From the NCBI GenBank assembly GCA_021613535.1, contig CP075496.1:62001-126000 (forward strand): a stretch of DNA of 64,000 bases, read 5' to 3'. A program made the position numbers and the translations under genes. Positions 23,892 through 35,989 of the stretch are shown here, piece after piece. How positions within the stretch are numbered: the stretch's first letter is position 1; each line of letters starts with the position of its first letter. This DNA comes from Adineta vaga (lineage: Eukaryota; Animalia; Rotifera). A model generated the notes under the pieces. The model saw only the letters and a program-made list of their open reading frames with translations, made no database searches and had not been told where the DNA came from.

Positions 23892-25717
23892 GTCCAAATA
23901 TTATAAATGAAGCACCACATATAAATTTAACCGACGATGAGTATCATATACTTAAATTAGGCCCTCGATTTATTTTCGATGATCCAAAAACAGCATCTCG
24001 ACGACGCACAATTGAATTGGCTACTTTAAGAAGAAAACTTGAAAATCGTTTCTTTGAAAAGAAAGTTAGTCCTGGTCGTCCAGTTGAAGAATTCATTAAT
24101 GAATTAGATGCTTTACTTCAAAATTATCATGATATTCCTATCCATCATCGTCGTGATGTAAATTTATCTACTACTTTAAATCAAAGTGGACACTTTATTA
24201 GATCTTCATTAAATAGAAGAACCAATGTTAATCGAACAATTAAAAGATTGAAACATAAATTTCGATTAACAAATACTGTTCTTCGGAAGACTGATAAATC
24301 TAAGGTGTTTCATTTAGGAAAATTAGAACATTATCAACAAAGATCAAATGAATATATGGATCGTACACAAGCTTATCAATGTATTGGTACAGATGATCCA
24401 TTACCTGATTTAGTTATTCGTACTAATAAATATTTATTAGATTTACGTCTGACAAAATGGATTACTCAGAAACAATATGAGCAATTATGTATTCAAGTAG
24501 ATGAAGCTGAATTAGCTCATCTCTATTATTTACTTAAAGCTCATAAACCTGGTACTCTACTTCGACCAATCATATCTGGACTAAAACATCCAACTATAAA
24601 GATTTCCAAGTTTCTTGATAATCTCTTAAGACCATTATTCGATCAAATGGCCAAGAAGACAACTGTTACTTCTGGCTTTGAATTACTCCAAAAACTTCAA
24701 CAATGGTCTTCCATAAGTTTAAAACAAGAAACTGTTCTATGTACAATTGACGTAGCAGATCTTTATACAATGATTCCACAAGTCGAAGGTGTTTTATCTC
24801 TCAAGAAAATGTTAGACTATCTAAATCTTAAACAAATCGATAAATTAAAAACAGAAGTTATTCTTCGATTAGCTCGATTTGTAATGAATAATAATTATTT
24901 CAAATATAATGGCCAATATTATCATCAAATTCGTGGTGGAGCTATGGGTTCTCCATTAACTCTAACCATTGCCAACTGTTATATGTTCTTCTTTGAACCA
25001 GATATAGTGAAACAAATTAACAACAGTTTTGGTTTATATGTTCGTTTTATTGATGATATCTTTATTATTATCAATTGGCCAATTCGTCATTTTCTTAAAC
25101 AAGTTGATCGTTGGAATAAATTTGATTCCAATATTAAATTATCAGCCAACATTAATGTGCAAGCTGATTTCTTGGATTTACATATGGAAAATCGAGATGG
25201 TACATTATTAACTTCAGTTTATCACAAACCATCTTATGAACCATATTATTTGCCATTTAACAGCATTCATCCGTTACATATGAAAAAGAACATACCTTTT
25301 GCTATGTTACTTCGTGCAATAAGATATTGTTCCACATTTAAAACATATGAACAGGAAAGAGATCATTTGAAACTGGCATTACTTATAAATCAATATCCAA
25401 GTCAATTTATCGATCAACAATTCAGTCGTCTTCTTCAACACTATGGTATTAATCAACTATTAAATATAATCACTTATGAAAATATTCGACAAAAGAGTAT
25501 TAATAGTTCAATTAAAACCAAAGCGCCAATTGATTATGATCAAACAATATTTATCCATTTTACTTATTGTTCAAAAATGAAGAATTTTCCTCGAAAATTC
25601 CATAATCTTTGGCTCAAATACTTTTCTGAATCGCCAATTAATGATCTTACTCCAATACTAGGCACACGTAATATCAATAACTTACAACAGCGTCTAGTAC
25701 ACACTCGTGATTCATGA
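23795..25717 (+). CDS. Penelope-class reverse transcriptase, probably via -1 frameshift
   Basis: KAHK..LRPIIS, IDVADLYT, GGAMGSP, RFIDD, FLD, YHKP; slippery T TTT TTA at 23795-23801. Confidence 0.9.
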   Translation, partial: FFRRGTNRGQNRQRNCPESTSSSSYYCNNGLLSPNIINEAPHINLTDDEYHILKLGPRFIFDDPKTASRRRTIELATLRRKLENRFFEKKVSPGRPVEEFINELDALLQNYHDIPIHHRRDVNLSTTLNQSGHFIRSSLNRRTNVNRTIKRLKHKFRLTNTVLRKTDKSKVFHLGKLEHYQQRSNEYMDRTQAYQCIGTDDPLPDLVIRTNKYLLDLRLTKWITQKQYEQLCIQVDEAELAHLYYLLKAHKPGTLLRPIISGLKHPTIKISKFLDNLLRPLFDQMAKKTTVTSGFELLQKLQQWSSISLKQETVLCTIDVADLYTMIPQVEGVLSLKKMLDYLNLKQIDKLKTEVILRLARFVMNNNYFKYNGQYYHQIRGGAMGSPLTLTIANCYMFFFEPDIVKQINNSFGLYVRFIDDIFIIINWPIRHFLKQVDRWNKFDSNIKLSANINVQADFLDLHMENRDGTLLTSVYHKPSYEPYYLPFNSIHPLHMKKNIPFAMLLRAIRYCSTFKTYEQERDHLKLALLINQYPSQFIDQQFSRLLQHYGINQLLNIITYENIRQKSINSSIKTKAPIDYDQTIFIHFTYCSKMKNFPRKFHNLWLKYFSESPINDLTPILGTRNINNLQQRLVHTRDS

Positions 25718-25864
25718 ACAACTTTATTTTCAGTCGACGACTATCGCTCAATATTGCCTCCTGCTTAATCAAGCTTTCATTTATTCTTTTTCATTCGTTT
25801 ATTTCGTTAATTTCTGTTTTCTTTTTTTCCGTTTATTTAAAAAAAAGTTTATTATAAATGCAGA

Positions 25865-25914
25865 GCCCTGAAGAGTGTTTCTTATTTTTAAATAAATACA
25901 CGAAACGCGTCGGC
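25865..25914 (+). ncRNA. Type I hammerhead ribozyme
   Basis: GCC-CTGAAGA-GTGT..TTATTT/AAATAA..ACAC-GAAA-CGCG-TC-GGC. Confidence 0.88.
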
Positions 25915-26484
25915 AAAGCAAATATCTGCATTTTTTTAATTATTTTAATAATAAGCATATTAATTTAGTCCTTATTCTGGACATTAGATTGATTGCTGAA
26001 CAAGCAAAAGTTGAAATTAGGAAATTAGTTTATATCTTCGTTATATAGATTAATTTGTTTTACATCGATTTACGATTATATCATCTAAAGAAGACAATCT
26101 TCTATATTATATGAGACGCAACTATGTTATGATGCGATATAGTGAACATTACCCCTTACATCAGAAATAAAATACTGTAACATTAAAGAAATATCATTTT
26201 ATCTCTCTGTGTCTCTGTTTTCACACCCCATTGCAATGATTAACAATAAATTTTGTAACATATGTGTCATGATATTCCTACACGATTTACCGTCGAGTTT
26301 AGCATGTTTTCTTCTCTCTCTCTGTTCATTCGAAGTTAAATTAAAATATACATGACAAACGCCTTTTTTCCATCTGTTAATTAGTTTCAATTCTTTAGCC
26401 TTTTAATCAGTTACTGAACTTTATCAGTGAGTGAGAGAGAGAAAGTGAAAATCCATTCGGCAAATATTTTGAACTGTTTGAAAA

Positions 26485-29400
26485 ATGAATATATTAGTGT
26501 TGATTATCATTATTTTTAATCGAAATATATTGGTAAATTCATATTCAAATGACTGGGGACCATTTAATAACCTTCATCAAACAGGTTTAAATTCAATTAA
26601 TACTGATCAGGATTGTTTTTATACTATGAAGACTGATAAAGGTGATAGAAATGATAAAACAACTCTGAATAAACAAATTTACGAATTTTGTATTCGAAGA
26701 AATTTCAAAGCAGAAGAAGAAGAAGAAATATTTTATTTTAATAAAAATTCCATCTCATCAGTTTGGACATTTAATCAATTGAAACAAAAAGAAATTACTA
26801 TTGAAAATTTAATTGAATGGTCAAGTCCAATAGATCTCGTTGAATCTTATGGAAAATATCTTATTGAAGATGAATCTTTATCTGAAGAAAAATTTTATAA
26901 TTGTACATCACCATGGTTTGGATCATTTTGTCAGTATAAACGTATATTTAATCAATCATTCTCGACATTTACTAAAATATTCATAGGGCAAACGACGCAT
27001 GCAGATTCTGCTGGAAATTTTACTTGTTATATGCATATAAAATGTAATCATCGTTTTGCTTCTCTTTGTCTCGATTGGAAAGAAATATGTGATGGAATAA
27101 TTGATTGTCTTGATAACGGAGAAGATGAAAAATATTGTTTGGAACTTGAATCAAATCAATGTGAAGAAGATGAATATCAATGTCGAAATGGAATGTGTAT
27201 TGACAAAGAGTTTTTTATGGATGATATTTTTCAAACAGCTCATTCAGATTGTATTGATGGATCAGATGAAATTGAAACATTCTGGGATATGGATGAAGGT
27301 ATTCCTGCTTTAGAACGTGACAATCTTATATGTAAATATAATTCCAAGTTTAATTGTGGAGATGGAGAATGTATTGATATGCATTTTCCATCAACTATAT
27401 CCGATTGCAATAATAAACGAGATTATATGTTCAATTATTTATTAGATTGGCATAATCCTAATGATCGACAATATCCATATTGTTTTAAATTACTTGTATG
27501 CGCATCAGCAGATTTTTATGCGGTATTATATGCAAAATATTGTCAAAATTTATGTAATGACAAACAAGAATGTCGAAATCGAACTTTGCAAAAATGTGGA
27601 TCGATATTTCTTGCTCCATCATTTCCAGTATGGGATAATCATGTTAGATTGGGATATTTTTCTAACCAAACAGTTGCCAGTAGAGTTTCTTTTGAACCGC
27701 AAATTGTTTGTTATAATGCAAGTCTTTGTCCATTTCTTATTTCAACACTAATTGTCGATAATTATACATGTATACCTATTAAAAAATTAAATTTAACACA
27801 TTCTACATATGTTTACAGAATATTCGAAAGATGTCGTCGTTCTCATTGGATTAATAATGAAGATTCTTGTTCCGAATCAACTATAAAATGTCCGAACGTA
27901 AATAAATGTATTCCTAAACGAAAGATTCTTGATGGCGTTATTGATTGTCCTGATGAATTCGATGAATCAACGTTAGTTAATTCATGTGATTTAAATGATA
28001 AATATCGATTTAAATGTACATCTGAAAAGAAATGTATTCGATCTATATTAGTAGGTGATGGAAAAAAACATTGTCTTAATGGAGAAGATGAACAAGCTCA
28101 TGATGAAACAACCGATAATATTTATCATATTCCATTTAGTTATATTTGTGATAGTTGGATTCATTTTAATTCATCAATAACAAATGATACTGATGAAAGT
28201 GATTGTAATCAATGGCAATGTATTAATCAATATACACATTGTAATGGAATATGGAATTGTCCCAAAGGTATTGATGAATTAAATTGTTCATCGATATTTT
28301 CATGTCCTTTCAATCATCATCCTTGTCTTTCACCAAATACTTCAAAAATGGAATGTTTAAATATAAATTATATTGATGACGGAATTATGGATTGTCTTGG
28401 TGGAACAGATGAAAGATCTTTTTGTAAATTTCAAAATTCAAAACATTTACTTTTTAAAAGTTATCATTGTTGGAATGATACAAAATGTGTTAACGTTTTT
28501 GATCGATGTACCCGTTGTAAACAATTCGATCATATCGATCAATTATGCTGGGAAGATTCAGATGAAACTGATAATATTATAAAGTATTTAGAATCAATGG
28601 ATCCTATTTACTATTATAAAACGTCATCTTTTTCTCATTTATCTTCAGAAATTTATCCATCAAAAGAATTCTTTTCAATTTCATCTAATGTTACAAATCA
28701 TGCAGAAATCGAAAATATTGAATACAATTTAAATTCTGATCAATATATTCCTCATATACAAATATGTTCTCGAGGTATTCTTATTCTTATTGGAGAAAAT
28801 CAAACTCAACATTGTCTTTGTCCTTCAAATTACTATGGAGATTTTTGTCAATATCAAAATCAACGTGTTAGTTTAACCATTCGAATAAAACAAGAAGATT
28901 TAGATCAATCACATATAACTGGTCTTATTATTCGTCTTGTTGATAATACTGGTTTTATACATTCATTAGAGCAAATAACATATATTCCTAGTAGAGATTG
29001 TAATATGAAATATAATCTCTTTCTTCTTTATCATAATGGATCAAAAGATATGAAGAAAAATTATACAATTTATATTGATGCATATGATAAAATTAACCTT
29101 TTATATCGAAAAAGTTGGCTATATTCAATAAAATTTCTTTTCCTACCGATCAATCGTTTAAGTATTCAATTAATAATTCCATTAAAACAAGATTGTCAAA
29201 TAATATGTAGTTCAATTTATTTACCAATCTTGAAAAATGATCAGATTTATAAATCTTGTTTATGCCATTCGAATGTTATTTCTTCTTCGATTAAAGAAAA
29301 ATGTAATTGTTCAAAAGATTCCATTTGTGTTGGTTTCATACATAATCAATCGTTATGTCTTTGTTCAACTAATAAAATAGGACGTCAATGCTATTTAAAT

Positions 29401-31146
29401 TCTTCATGTCAAACAAATCGATGTGAAAATAATGCTTTTTGTATACCTGATGATTATCGAATATCAATGAATAATTACATATGTGTTTGTTCTAAAGGAT
29501 TTTCTGGTCAATATTGTCAAGAGAATAATGTGAAAATTTCTATATCATTTTCAAATATTGATATTCCATCGTCATTTCTTATTCATTTTATTAGAATTTT
29601 TACACCTCATGTATTGTCTTGGAATGAACTATTAACACATATTACTTTATTTGAAAAAGTCTTATTTGATCAAGAAGTGGTTGATATTTATATGTCAAAG
29701 CCATTTCATCTTGTTTTTGGGCAAGTAAAAAGAAAATTTTATTTAATTGTTCTTCAACATATTTATCAATCATCAATTAATATTTCAACACAAATATCTT
29801 CATCACAATATTGCCCACATATAAATGAATTATTTAATCAAACAATTCTTAATTATTCAATAATGCGTCGTGTGAAATTTTATCATTTACCTTGTCAAGA
29901 ACATTCAAATTTAATGTGTTTTCATGATAATGAAATATTTATGTGTTTATGTACAAAACAAAGACATGCAAATTGTTTTCATTATAATTTTACAAAAGAT
30001 TATCAATGTTTTGGTGAAAATCCATGTCATAATGGTGGAGAATGTTTTCAAGATGATTCCCAATGTCCAACTAAAAGATTATGTGTTTGTCAAGATTGTT
30101 TTTATGGTGATAAATGTCATTTAAGTACAAAACATTTTGGTATTTCACTTGATGCTATTTTAGGTTATCATATTCATTCACATTTATCTATTTTAAAACA
30201 AAGAATGCCTATTCAAATAAGTATTATTATAAGTACATTTATATATATTATTGGTTTTATTAGTGGAATATTTTCATTTTTAACATTTAAATCCAAATCT
30301 CTTCAAACAACTGGTTGTTCATATTATTTATATATGTCATCAATATTATCAATAATAATAATTATCATTTTTTATATTAAATTATGGTTTCTTATTTTTT
30401 CACAAATGAATATTATTAAAAATCAAATATTTCTTTCAATAAATTGTATTGGAATTGAATTTCTTCTTCGTATTTTCTTATCAAGTGTTGATTGGATTCA
30501 TTCATCTGTTACAATTGAAAGATTTCTCATCATTTATCTTGGCGTTAAATTTGATAAAACAAAAAGTAAGAAATATGCTAAATTAAATTTTATTCTTATT
30601 ATTTTCTTAACAAGTATTTCTTTTATTCATGATCCAATTCATCGTTATATAATTTATGATATTAATGAACAAAGAACATGGTGTTTAACTAAATTTTCAT
30701 CAACTATTGAAATATATAATCGATTTATAAATATATTCCATTTTCTTTTCCCATTTACATTGAATTTCATGTTAGTTATTGGAATTATCATATTAACAGC
30801 AAAACAACAGCTCTCAATGAAAAAAGAACAAAAAACTCTTCAAAAACAAATCGAAGAAGAATTTGATCGACATAAGCATTTAATTTTAACTTTAATTCTC
30901 TTAATTATATTAGCAGTACCACGTTTAATTATTTCATTTTTACCAAATTGTATGAAATCACCTAAAGAATATCCAATTTTTTTAACTGGATATTTTCTGT
31001 CATTTATTCCATCTTTATTACATTTTTATATCTTTGTATTAACATCTGATATGTATAAGAAAGAATTTAAAACAATTATTCAACGAAAATGGAAACATTT
31101 CAAAAGATATTTATGTTTAATTCCTAGTTTTCAAGGAAGAAATTAA
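26485..31146 (+). CDS. LDLa-repeat / EGF-like / 7TM GPCR, 1553 aa, intronless
   Basis: Signal peptide, several CDG..DC..G.DE repeats, EGF motifs (C.C..GFSG..C), C-terminal 7TM with VTIERF. Confidence 0.9.
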   Translation: MNILVLIIIIFNRNILVNSYSNDWGPFNNLHQTGLNSINTDQDCFYTMKTDKGDRNDKTTLNKQIYEFCIRRNFKAEEEEEIFYFNKNSISSVWTFNQLKQKEITIENLIEWSSPIDLVESYGKYLIEDESLSEEKFYNCTSPWFGSFCQYKRIFNQSFSTFTKIFIGQTTHADSAGNFTCYMHIKCNHRFASLCLDWKEICDGIIDCLDNGEDEKYCLELESNQCEEDEYQCRNGMCIDKEFFMDDIFQTAHSDCIDGSDEIETFWDMDEGIPALERDNLICKYNSKFNCGDGECIDMHFPSTISDCNNKRDYMFNYLLDWHNPNDRQYPYCFKLLVCASADFYAVLYAKYCQNLCNDKQECRNRTLQKCGSIFLAPSFPVWDNHVRLGYFSNQTVASRVSFEPQIVCYNASLCPFLISTLIVDNYTCIPIKKLNLTHSTYVYRIFERCRRSHWINNEDSCSESTIKCPNVNKCIPKRKILDGVIDCPDEFDESTLVNSCDLNDKYRFKCTSEKKCIRSILVGDGKKHCLNGEDEQAHDETTDNIYHIPFSYICDSWIHFNSSITNDTDESDCNQWQCINQYTHCNGIWNCPKGIDELNCSSIFSCPFNHHPCLSPNTSKMECLNINYIDDGIMDCLGGTDERSFCKFQNSKHLLFKSYHCWNDTKCVNVFDRCTRCKQFDHIDQLCWEDSDETDNIIKYLESMDPIYYYKTSSFSHLSSEIYPSKEFFSISSNVTNHAEIENIEYNLNSDQYIPHIQICSRGILILIGENQTQHCLCPSNYYGDFCQYQNQRVSLTIRIKQEDLDQSHITGLIIRLVDNTGFIHSLEQITYIPSRDCNMKYNLFLLYHNGSKDMKKNYTIYIDAYDKINLLYRKSWLYSIKFLFLPINRLSIQLIIPLKQDCQIICSSIYLPILKNDQIYKSCLCHSNVISSSIKEKCNCSKDSICVGFIHNQSLCLCSTNKIGRQCYLNSSCQTNRCENNAFCIPDDYRISMNNYICVCSKGFSGQYCQENNVKISISFSNIDIPSSFLIHFIRIFTPHVLSWNELLTHITLFEKVLFDQEVVDIYMSKPFHLVFGQVKRKFYLIVLQHIYQSSINISTQISSSQYCPHINELFNQTILNYSIMRRVKFYHLPCQEHSNLMCFHDNEIFMCLCTKQRHANCFHYNFTKDYQCFGENPCHNGGECFQDDSQCPTKRLCVCQDCFYGDKCHLSTKHFGISLDAILGYHIHSHLSILKQRMPIQISIIISTFIYIIGFISGIFSFLTFKSKSLQTTGCSYYLYMSSILSIIIIIIFYIKLWFLIFSQMNIIKNQIFLSINCIGIEFLLRIFLSSVDWIHSSVTIERFLIIYLGVKFDKTKSKKYAKLNFILIIFLTSISFIHDPIHRYIIYDINEQRTWCLTKFSSTIEIYNRFINIFHFLFPFTLNFMLVIGIIILTAKQQLSMKKEQKTLQKQIEEEFDRHKHLILTLILLIILAVPRLIISFLPNCMKSPKEYPIFLTGYFLSFIPSLLHFYIFVLTSDMYKKEFKTIIQRKWKHFKRYLCLIPSFQGRN

Positions 31147-31261
31147 TTATTAACATTCTTATCAGAGATTATCTTCATTATTCGCTTCTTTTTTCATCAT
31201 TGTACGATAAATAACGCTCGTCAAAGTAGACTCGCATTACCCTCGACTAATTGGATTATAC

Positions 31262-32587
31262 TGTTGGCGGCGCCACACTCGGGCAAGCCCGGGCTGGGCC
31301 CGACCAAAAAATTTTAAAGATCTGAAAAAGAAATGTTTATTTTATAGCAATAGTTTCAACAGTTAGTTTTGTTCTAGACTACAGGTACTTTTCCTTTTTT
31401 CTCATTGGCTGCTCGACAAAACTGAAGTGAAGAATCGAGAAGCCGATCACAATCACGAAGTTTCAAATGTAACTAGACAAACGAAGATCGATTGAAAAGA
31501 ATTTTTTTGTGTGACTAAGAGAGCGCGCAATGATCGACAAGAATCAGATCCAAGCCCGATAAATTCAACACAATCACCATCTTCATATTTGTCATTCCAG
31601 GCTTCCTATCTTCAATCATCAGCGCCATTTGGATCTCAAACAATTCCATCATCATCGTTTCACTCATCGAAAATTCCAGCTTGTTCAACATTGCCATCAC
31701 CGATCTTTCAATCTATTCCACCATCACCATTTCGATCACCAGAAATTCCAATTCTTGTACCACAGCCATCCTCGACAGTTTGGTGAAGAGTGCCATCACG
31801 ATGCCAGTTTCACAGGTGACCTGAGAGCGTTCTTTTTCTAAACTACGAATTATTAAAAATCATCTTCGCAGTACTATGAAAGATCAACGCTTGAGCGATT
31901 TGACTATTATGGCCATAGAACGTGAAATTTCTGCAGATTATGAACGAGTCAATCAGTGTGAAGCTAGCACAAAGTAGCTAGCACAAAAAACGAAGATTTA
32001 GCTTAAAACTCTTTACAGGAAAAAGACCGGACCATGACAACTAGCTCATTCGATTCAGAATTTAATTCTACGCCCAATGGTGATATTTTTATTCACGGGC
32101 TAAGCTTCGAAAGAATTTTTACATACATCTCCATTTCCCTCTTATGTAACAGAAAAAACTTAGATAAGATTTTTCTGAAGCTTGGCTCGTGAATAAAAAT
32201 ATCACCATTGGACGTAGAATTAAATTCTGAATCGAATGAGCTAGTTGTCATGGTCCGGTCTTATTCCTGTAAAGAGTTTTAAGCTAAATCTTCGTTTTTT
32301 GTGCTAGCTACTTTGTGCTGGCTTCAAACTGATAAAGAGTCATTGATAAATTCTCTATTAGTCACAAAAACAGCAGAATTTTGTTACGATTATGGTTTTT
32401 TGCTTCAAATAAAAATGGTAGTATTCTTAATACATCGATTCACGAGCTTTGTTCATGCATAGCATAGTATCGTTCATGAGCAATGGAAAAATGTCGGTGC
32501 CTTAACAATTTTCATCTCATGTTTGTCATGTCTAGGTTTGCCAAACGGCTAAGCCCGACCTAAAAAAAATTCCTGGCGCCGCCTCTA
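31262..32587 (+). mobile_element. Internally deleted ZMYM1-type hAT element
   Basis: TIR core GGCGGCGCCA at both ends; Ser/Pro-rich N-terminal remnant joined to C-terminal ERSFSKL..LRSTM..QRLS. Confidence 0.75.
31952..32333. mobile_element. Foldback/MITE with ~160-bp TIRs (MULE-like)
   Basis: Near-perfect palindrome ATCAGT..ACTGAT; 9-bp TSD AACGAGTCA/AAAGAGTCA; removing it restores the host frame YERVIDKF. Confidence 0.85.
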
Positions 32588-32589
32588 CC

Positions 32590-33023
32590 TACAATGAATC
32601 AAAGAACACAAGAAACTTTTATCTACATCGTACTGTAAATCATTCTCTTCATTTCGTCGACCCAACAACTCACGTGCATACCCAATTAATAGAAAATATC
32701 TGGATGCGTTTGACAAGAAAACAAAAAACACAATGTAGAATTGTTAGAAGTTTATTGCCAACATATTTAGAGGAATTTGTTTGGCGTCAGGATTTCGGCG
32801 ATAAGCTATTTCAAAATATAATAATGCAAATTGCTGAAAACTATCCTGTTGCTTGATTATGTTCATTTTTTCCTTAAATAAATATCACTTGTTCTCACAT
32901 GGCATCTATGTATTTATTCTCTCGCTTCTCTTTTCCTTGCTGGAAATGATCAGCAAATGGAAATTTTTTTCCGTTCTGTCGTTCTATTTCAATAGACGGT
33001 GTGACTAAACTGCACTTGTTCCC
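32590..33023 (+). mobile_element. Merlin (IS1595/ISXO2-like) 3' fragment
   Basis: HRTVNHSLHFVDPTTHVHTQLIENIW..YLEEFVWR; probable end GCACTTGTTCCC. Confidence 0.75.
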
Positions 33024-33704
33024 GAAACTTGTTGATCAGAAAAGCAACATGCTCTTTGGTGTATATTACGTACGTTCCATTAAAGAGAAATGATTTCTCT
33101 TTTGGAATGTGTCCCAGACATGTTCAATGGACCGTTGAATAGAACATGGAATTGTTAATAGAGTTGACATTCAGTGAGCTATGATTCATGTTTAAATTTT
33201 GGAAAAAGATTTTTCAATACTATTAGGATTTGTTGAATATGAGATAAATAAAGTAGAAGTGCAGTTCTCGTTCACAATATAAACGCCACGTTTGTTTGGA
33301 AAGCTTTAAGAATGGCGTAATACACGTTTTCGAAGTATTCGTAGGGCGGAAAACTCAAATCAGTTTCATAATCAGAATATGTCTCATTGATGGTCTCGAT
33401 AGTATTGATGTTGTGCAAAGTATTCATCAAATTTCTATTGTTTTCTTAACCTTTCATTTTGATTACAACACTAAGATATTAGTTCGTAGTGACATCTTTG
33501 TAGTAAAATATCTATACGACAATGTTTGTGAAGAACGAAATTCTACTGTCTTTTGTATAACAATGGTTCGAATTGAATGTTGAACTATGTAAACATAAAC
33601 GCACTCAAAATTTGAAATGAATTTTTTAACTTGAGCAGCCATCGTATTCCGCAATGTTGAATATTTAGAAATTTGTTTTGTTTTATCCAGATTTTCAATG
33701 CCTT

Positions 33705-33744
33705 GAGGGTGTGGGTGCTGGTGTGGGTGTGGGTGTGGGTGTGT
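33705..33744 (+). repeat. Interstitial telomeric tract (G arm only)
   Basis: GAGGGTGTGGGTGCTGGTGTGGGTGTGGGTGTGGGTGTGT. Confidence 0.85.
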
Positions 33745-33752
33745 GAACAGCC

Positions 33753-33795
33753 GCCATGACCGGTTTCATCTTCAGCTAAGAACACTCTTCAGATG
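33753..33795 (-). ncRNA. Hammerhead ribozyme adjoining the telomeric tract
   Basis: CAT-CTGAAGA-GTGTTC-ttagct-GAAGAT-GAAA-CCGG-TC-ATG; one stem II mismatch. Confidence 0.75.
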
Positions 33796-34423
33796 ATACG
33801 AGTTTCTTTATTATTCGATAATCACAAAAATAGGCTACATTTGACGATACTGCATAATTTATGAAAATTTATGAAGTTAACATAGTGGTGTACACTTGAA
33901 AGTATTACTAATGAGAAGAAGGTTTTGTTGTTTTGTTGTAATTAGGATTCAAGTGAGGAAATCTTACAAATTTCAGAAGGAGAAAGGTGAACGTTTTTGT
34001 GGGTCAAAGATTCATTAAGTGGAATTATGTGGTATTGATTTGGAATTATGAATAACATGGTATATTTATTGGAATGGGTTGTGATGCTGTGACGTTGGTT
34101 GGCATTTTCTGAGATGATTGTATTACATTCGTCCGATTATATAGAGGCGGGTATATGTGTTACGGAAACTTTCACCTTTTACATTTGTTTAGGTATGCCA
34201 ATTCTTTGATCTGATTTTGGGTGCTGTTTGAATTAGATCTATATTTCAGTATGAAAAACGATCGTTAGTATTTAAGTAGTTGAGCACTGCGAAGAGTCAG
34301 GAGACAAACACACACCGGTCATGGTAGTTCATGTCTGCATATCACATCATTTCCATCGAACGCTTTTGTTATAAATAGACATTCAGCATTCGAAGTCGTG
34401 ATGCGAGGTTGTGCAGACATAAT

Positions 34424-34465
34424 CCATCTGATGAGACCCTTGGACAAGGTCAAAACCGGTAGAAT
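34424..34465 (+). ncRNA. Degenerate hammerhead ribozyme
   Basis: CTGATGA-GACC..GGTC-AAAA-CCGG-TA; GAAA core mutated. Confidence 0.55.
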
Positions 34466-35732
34466 ACTTTAAAATGGAAATTGCAAAAGAGCAAACGATA
34501 GTAAGATTCAGAAGGGCCCAAACAACACATAACTGCATTTCCGACAACGTGATCTCTATTGATCACTACGAATTAACAGAAATGAATAATACAACGATGA
34601 CTTTAGAATAACAACGCCAGGGGAACCAATATTGCGAAGAACAGAGTCTCAGCGAAGCTAAAAACCGATTGCCTATACCATCAGTAAAGTGAACTTTTCT
34701 CCACGAAGAAAATAGATGAAAACAAAAGCGATGCGTACTTTTATAGAGGCTAGTATGAGGATTAAAACAAAACAAAAATTTCGCTCCAGCACCTCCCTAC
34801 GAAAACTAGATAGGTTTACAAGATCCACCTATAAGTCGTGTAGTGGAACACATGAGAAATGCCACCATTTGAAAAATTTTTGGGGTAATAATGATTTCAG
34901 AGGTTTTTTAGAATCAGTTTTTAATGCTGAATCTAAAAAAAATATTTTCAAGAATTTTCAAGAACCGAAAAATAGTGATTTTTGCATATTTCGTCCAAAA
35001 ACGTGATTTTGGGGAGAACTCAGGTTTTTCAAGGATTTTGCGATTTTTGACTACAAAATAGCTTCTAAAAAGGATAAAAAGTAGTGCATCGTGATCAGCA
35101 GCTCACGCTCTATCAAACCATGTGTAAAAAAAGCAAAAATAAATTTCACTCGATTTTTGCATTGCGTGCACCTTACAAAAAATGAAAATTTAGTTACTTA
35201 CATGTTGAAGACAGTTTTATTCACCGGGTCCAAAAGTGGTGAAAATACAGTTCGAACTATTAAAATGGTTCTACGATCTTATGGTATTGATCCGGAATAT
35301 AAACATATCATTTACTTAACTGACAATGCATCGAATTTTATATCGGGTTTGAAAGAAGAAGTACATCTTCGATGTATCTGTAAGTAATATTTAATTGGAA
35401 TCTACAGTATTTTAAAAAATCAAGAAGTTTTTCTAAAGAGAATGTAATAAATCATCTATTAAAAGAATTTTCAAGTTAAAAAGCTTATGAAATAATGATA
35501 TTTGTATTGCTCAAAGATGTTACCAATTGGAGTGAACTTTCACCATGATTTTAATCATACCTTGTTCTCTTATAGGTCATTGCATAAATCTGGTAGTACA
35601 AAATTCTATTGAAGATTGTACGAACATTAGTTCACTTGTTTCAATTGCTGGTGAACTTGTTACTCATTTAAAAAAATGTGAATTAAATCATTTATTATCT
35701 ACAACATTAAAACAAAAATGTGATACACGTTG

Positions 35733-35987
35733 TGTTATGATCCGATCCCTAGATCAGATCATAATGCAGTCCTGGATAGATATATCTATATATCTATATA
35801 TATTAGATGATGGTATCTTCTCCAGGTACGATCTCACTGATTACACTAAGATCTAGCTCCCTGTAATCACTAATCTATGAGTGCACTATGTTCAAGGTCT
35901 TAGGATTTCGATGTATAAATACATCAGTTGCTTTTCAAATAAAGATGTAGAATTGTCCTCCAACCAACTTTGTGTTAGGAGTTAACA
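35733..35987 (+). repeat. 5' LTR
   Basis: Matches 41167-41421; contains TATAAAT and AATAAA. Confidence 0.95.
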
Positions 35988-35989
35988 AC

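Larger units (their letters stand above)
22860..25935 (+). mobile_element. Athena-like (endonuclease-deficient Penelope-like) retroelement, 5' truncated
   Basis: Disrupted helical ORF1, overlapping RT ORF without GIY-YIG, 3' hammerhead. Confidence 0.85.

Noticed and set aside
34810-35195. Possible MITE fragment
   Set aside because: Could not define TIRs or a TSD
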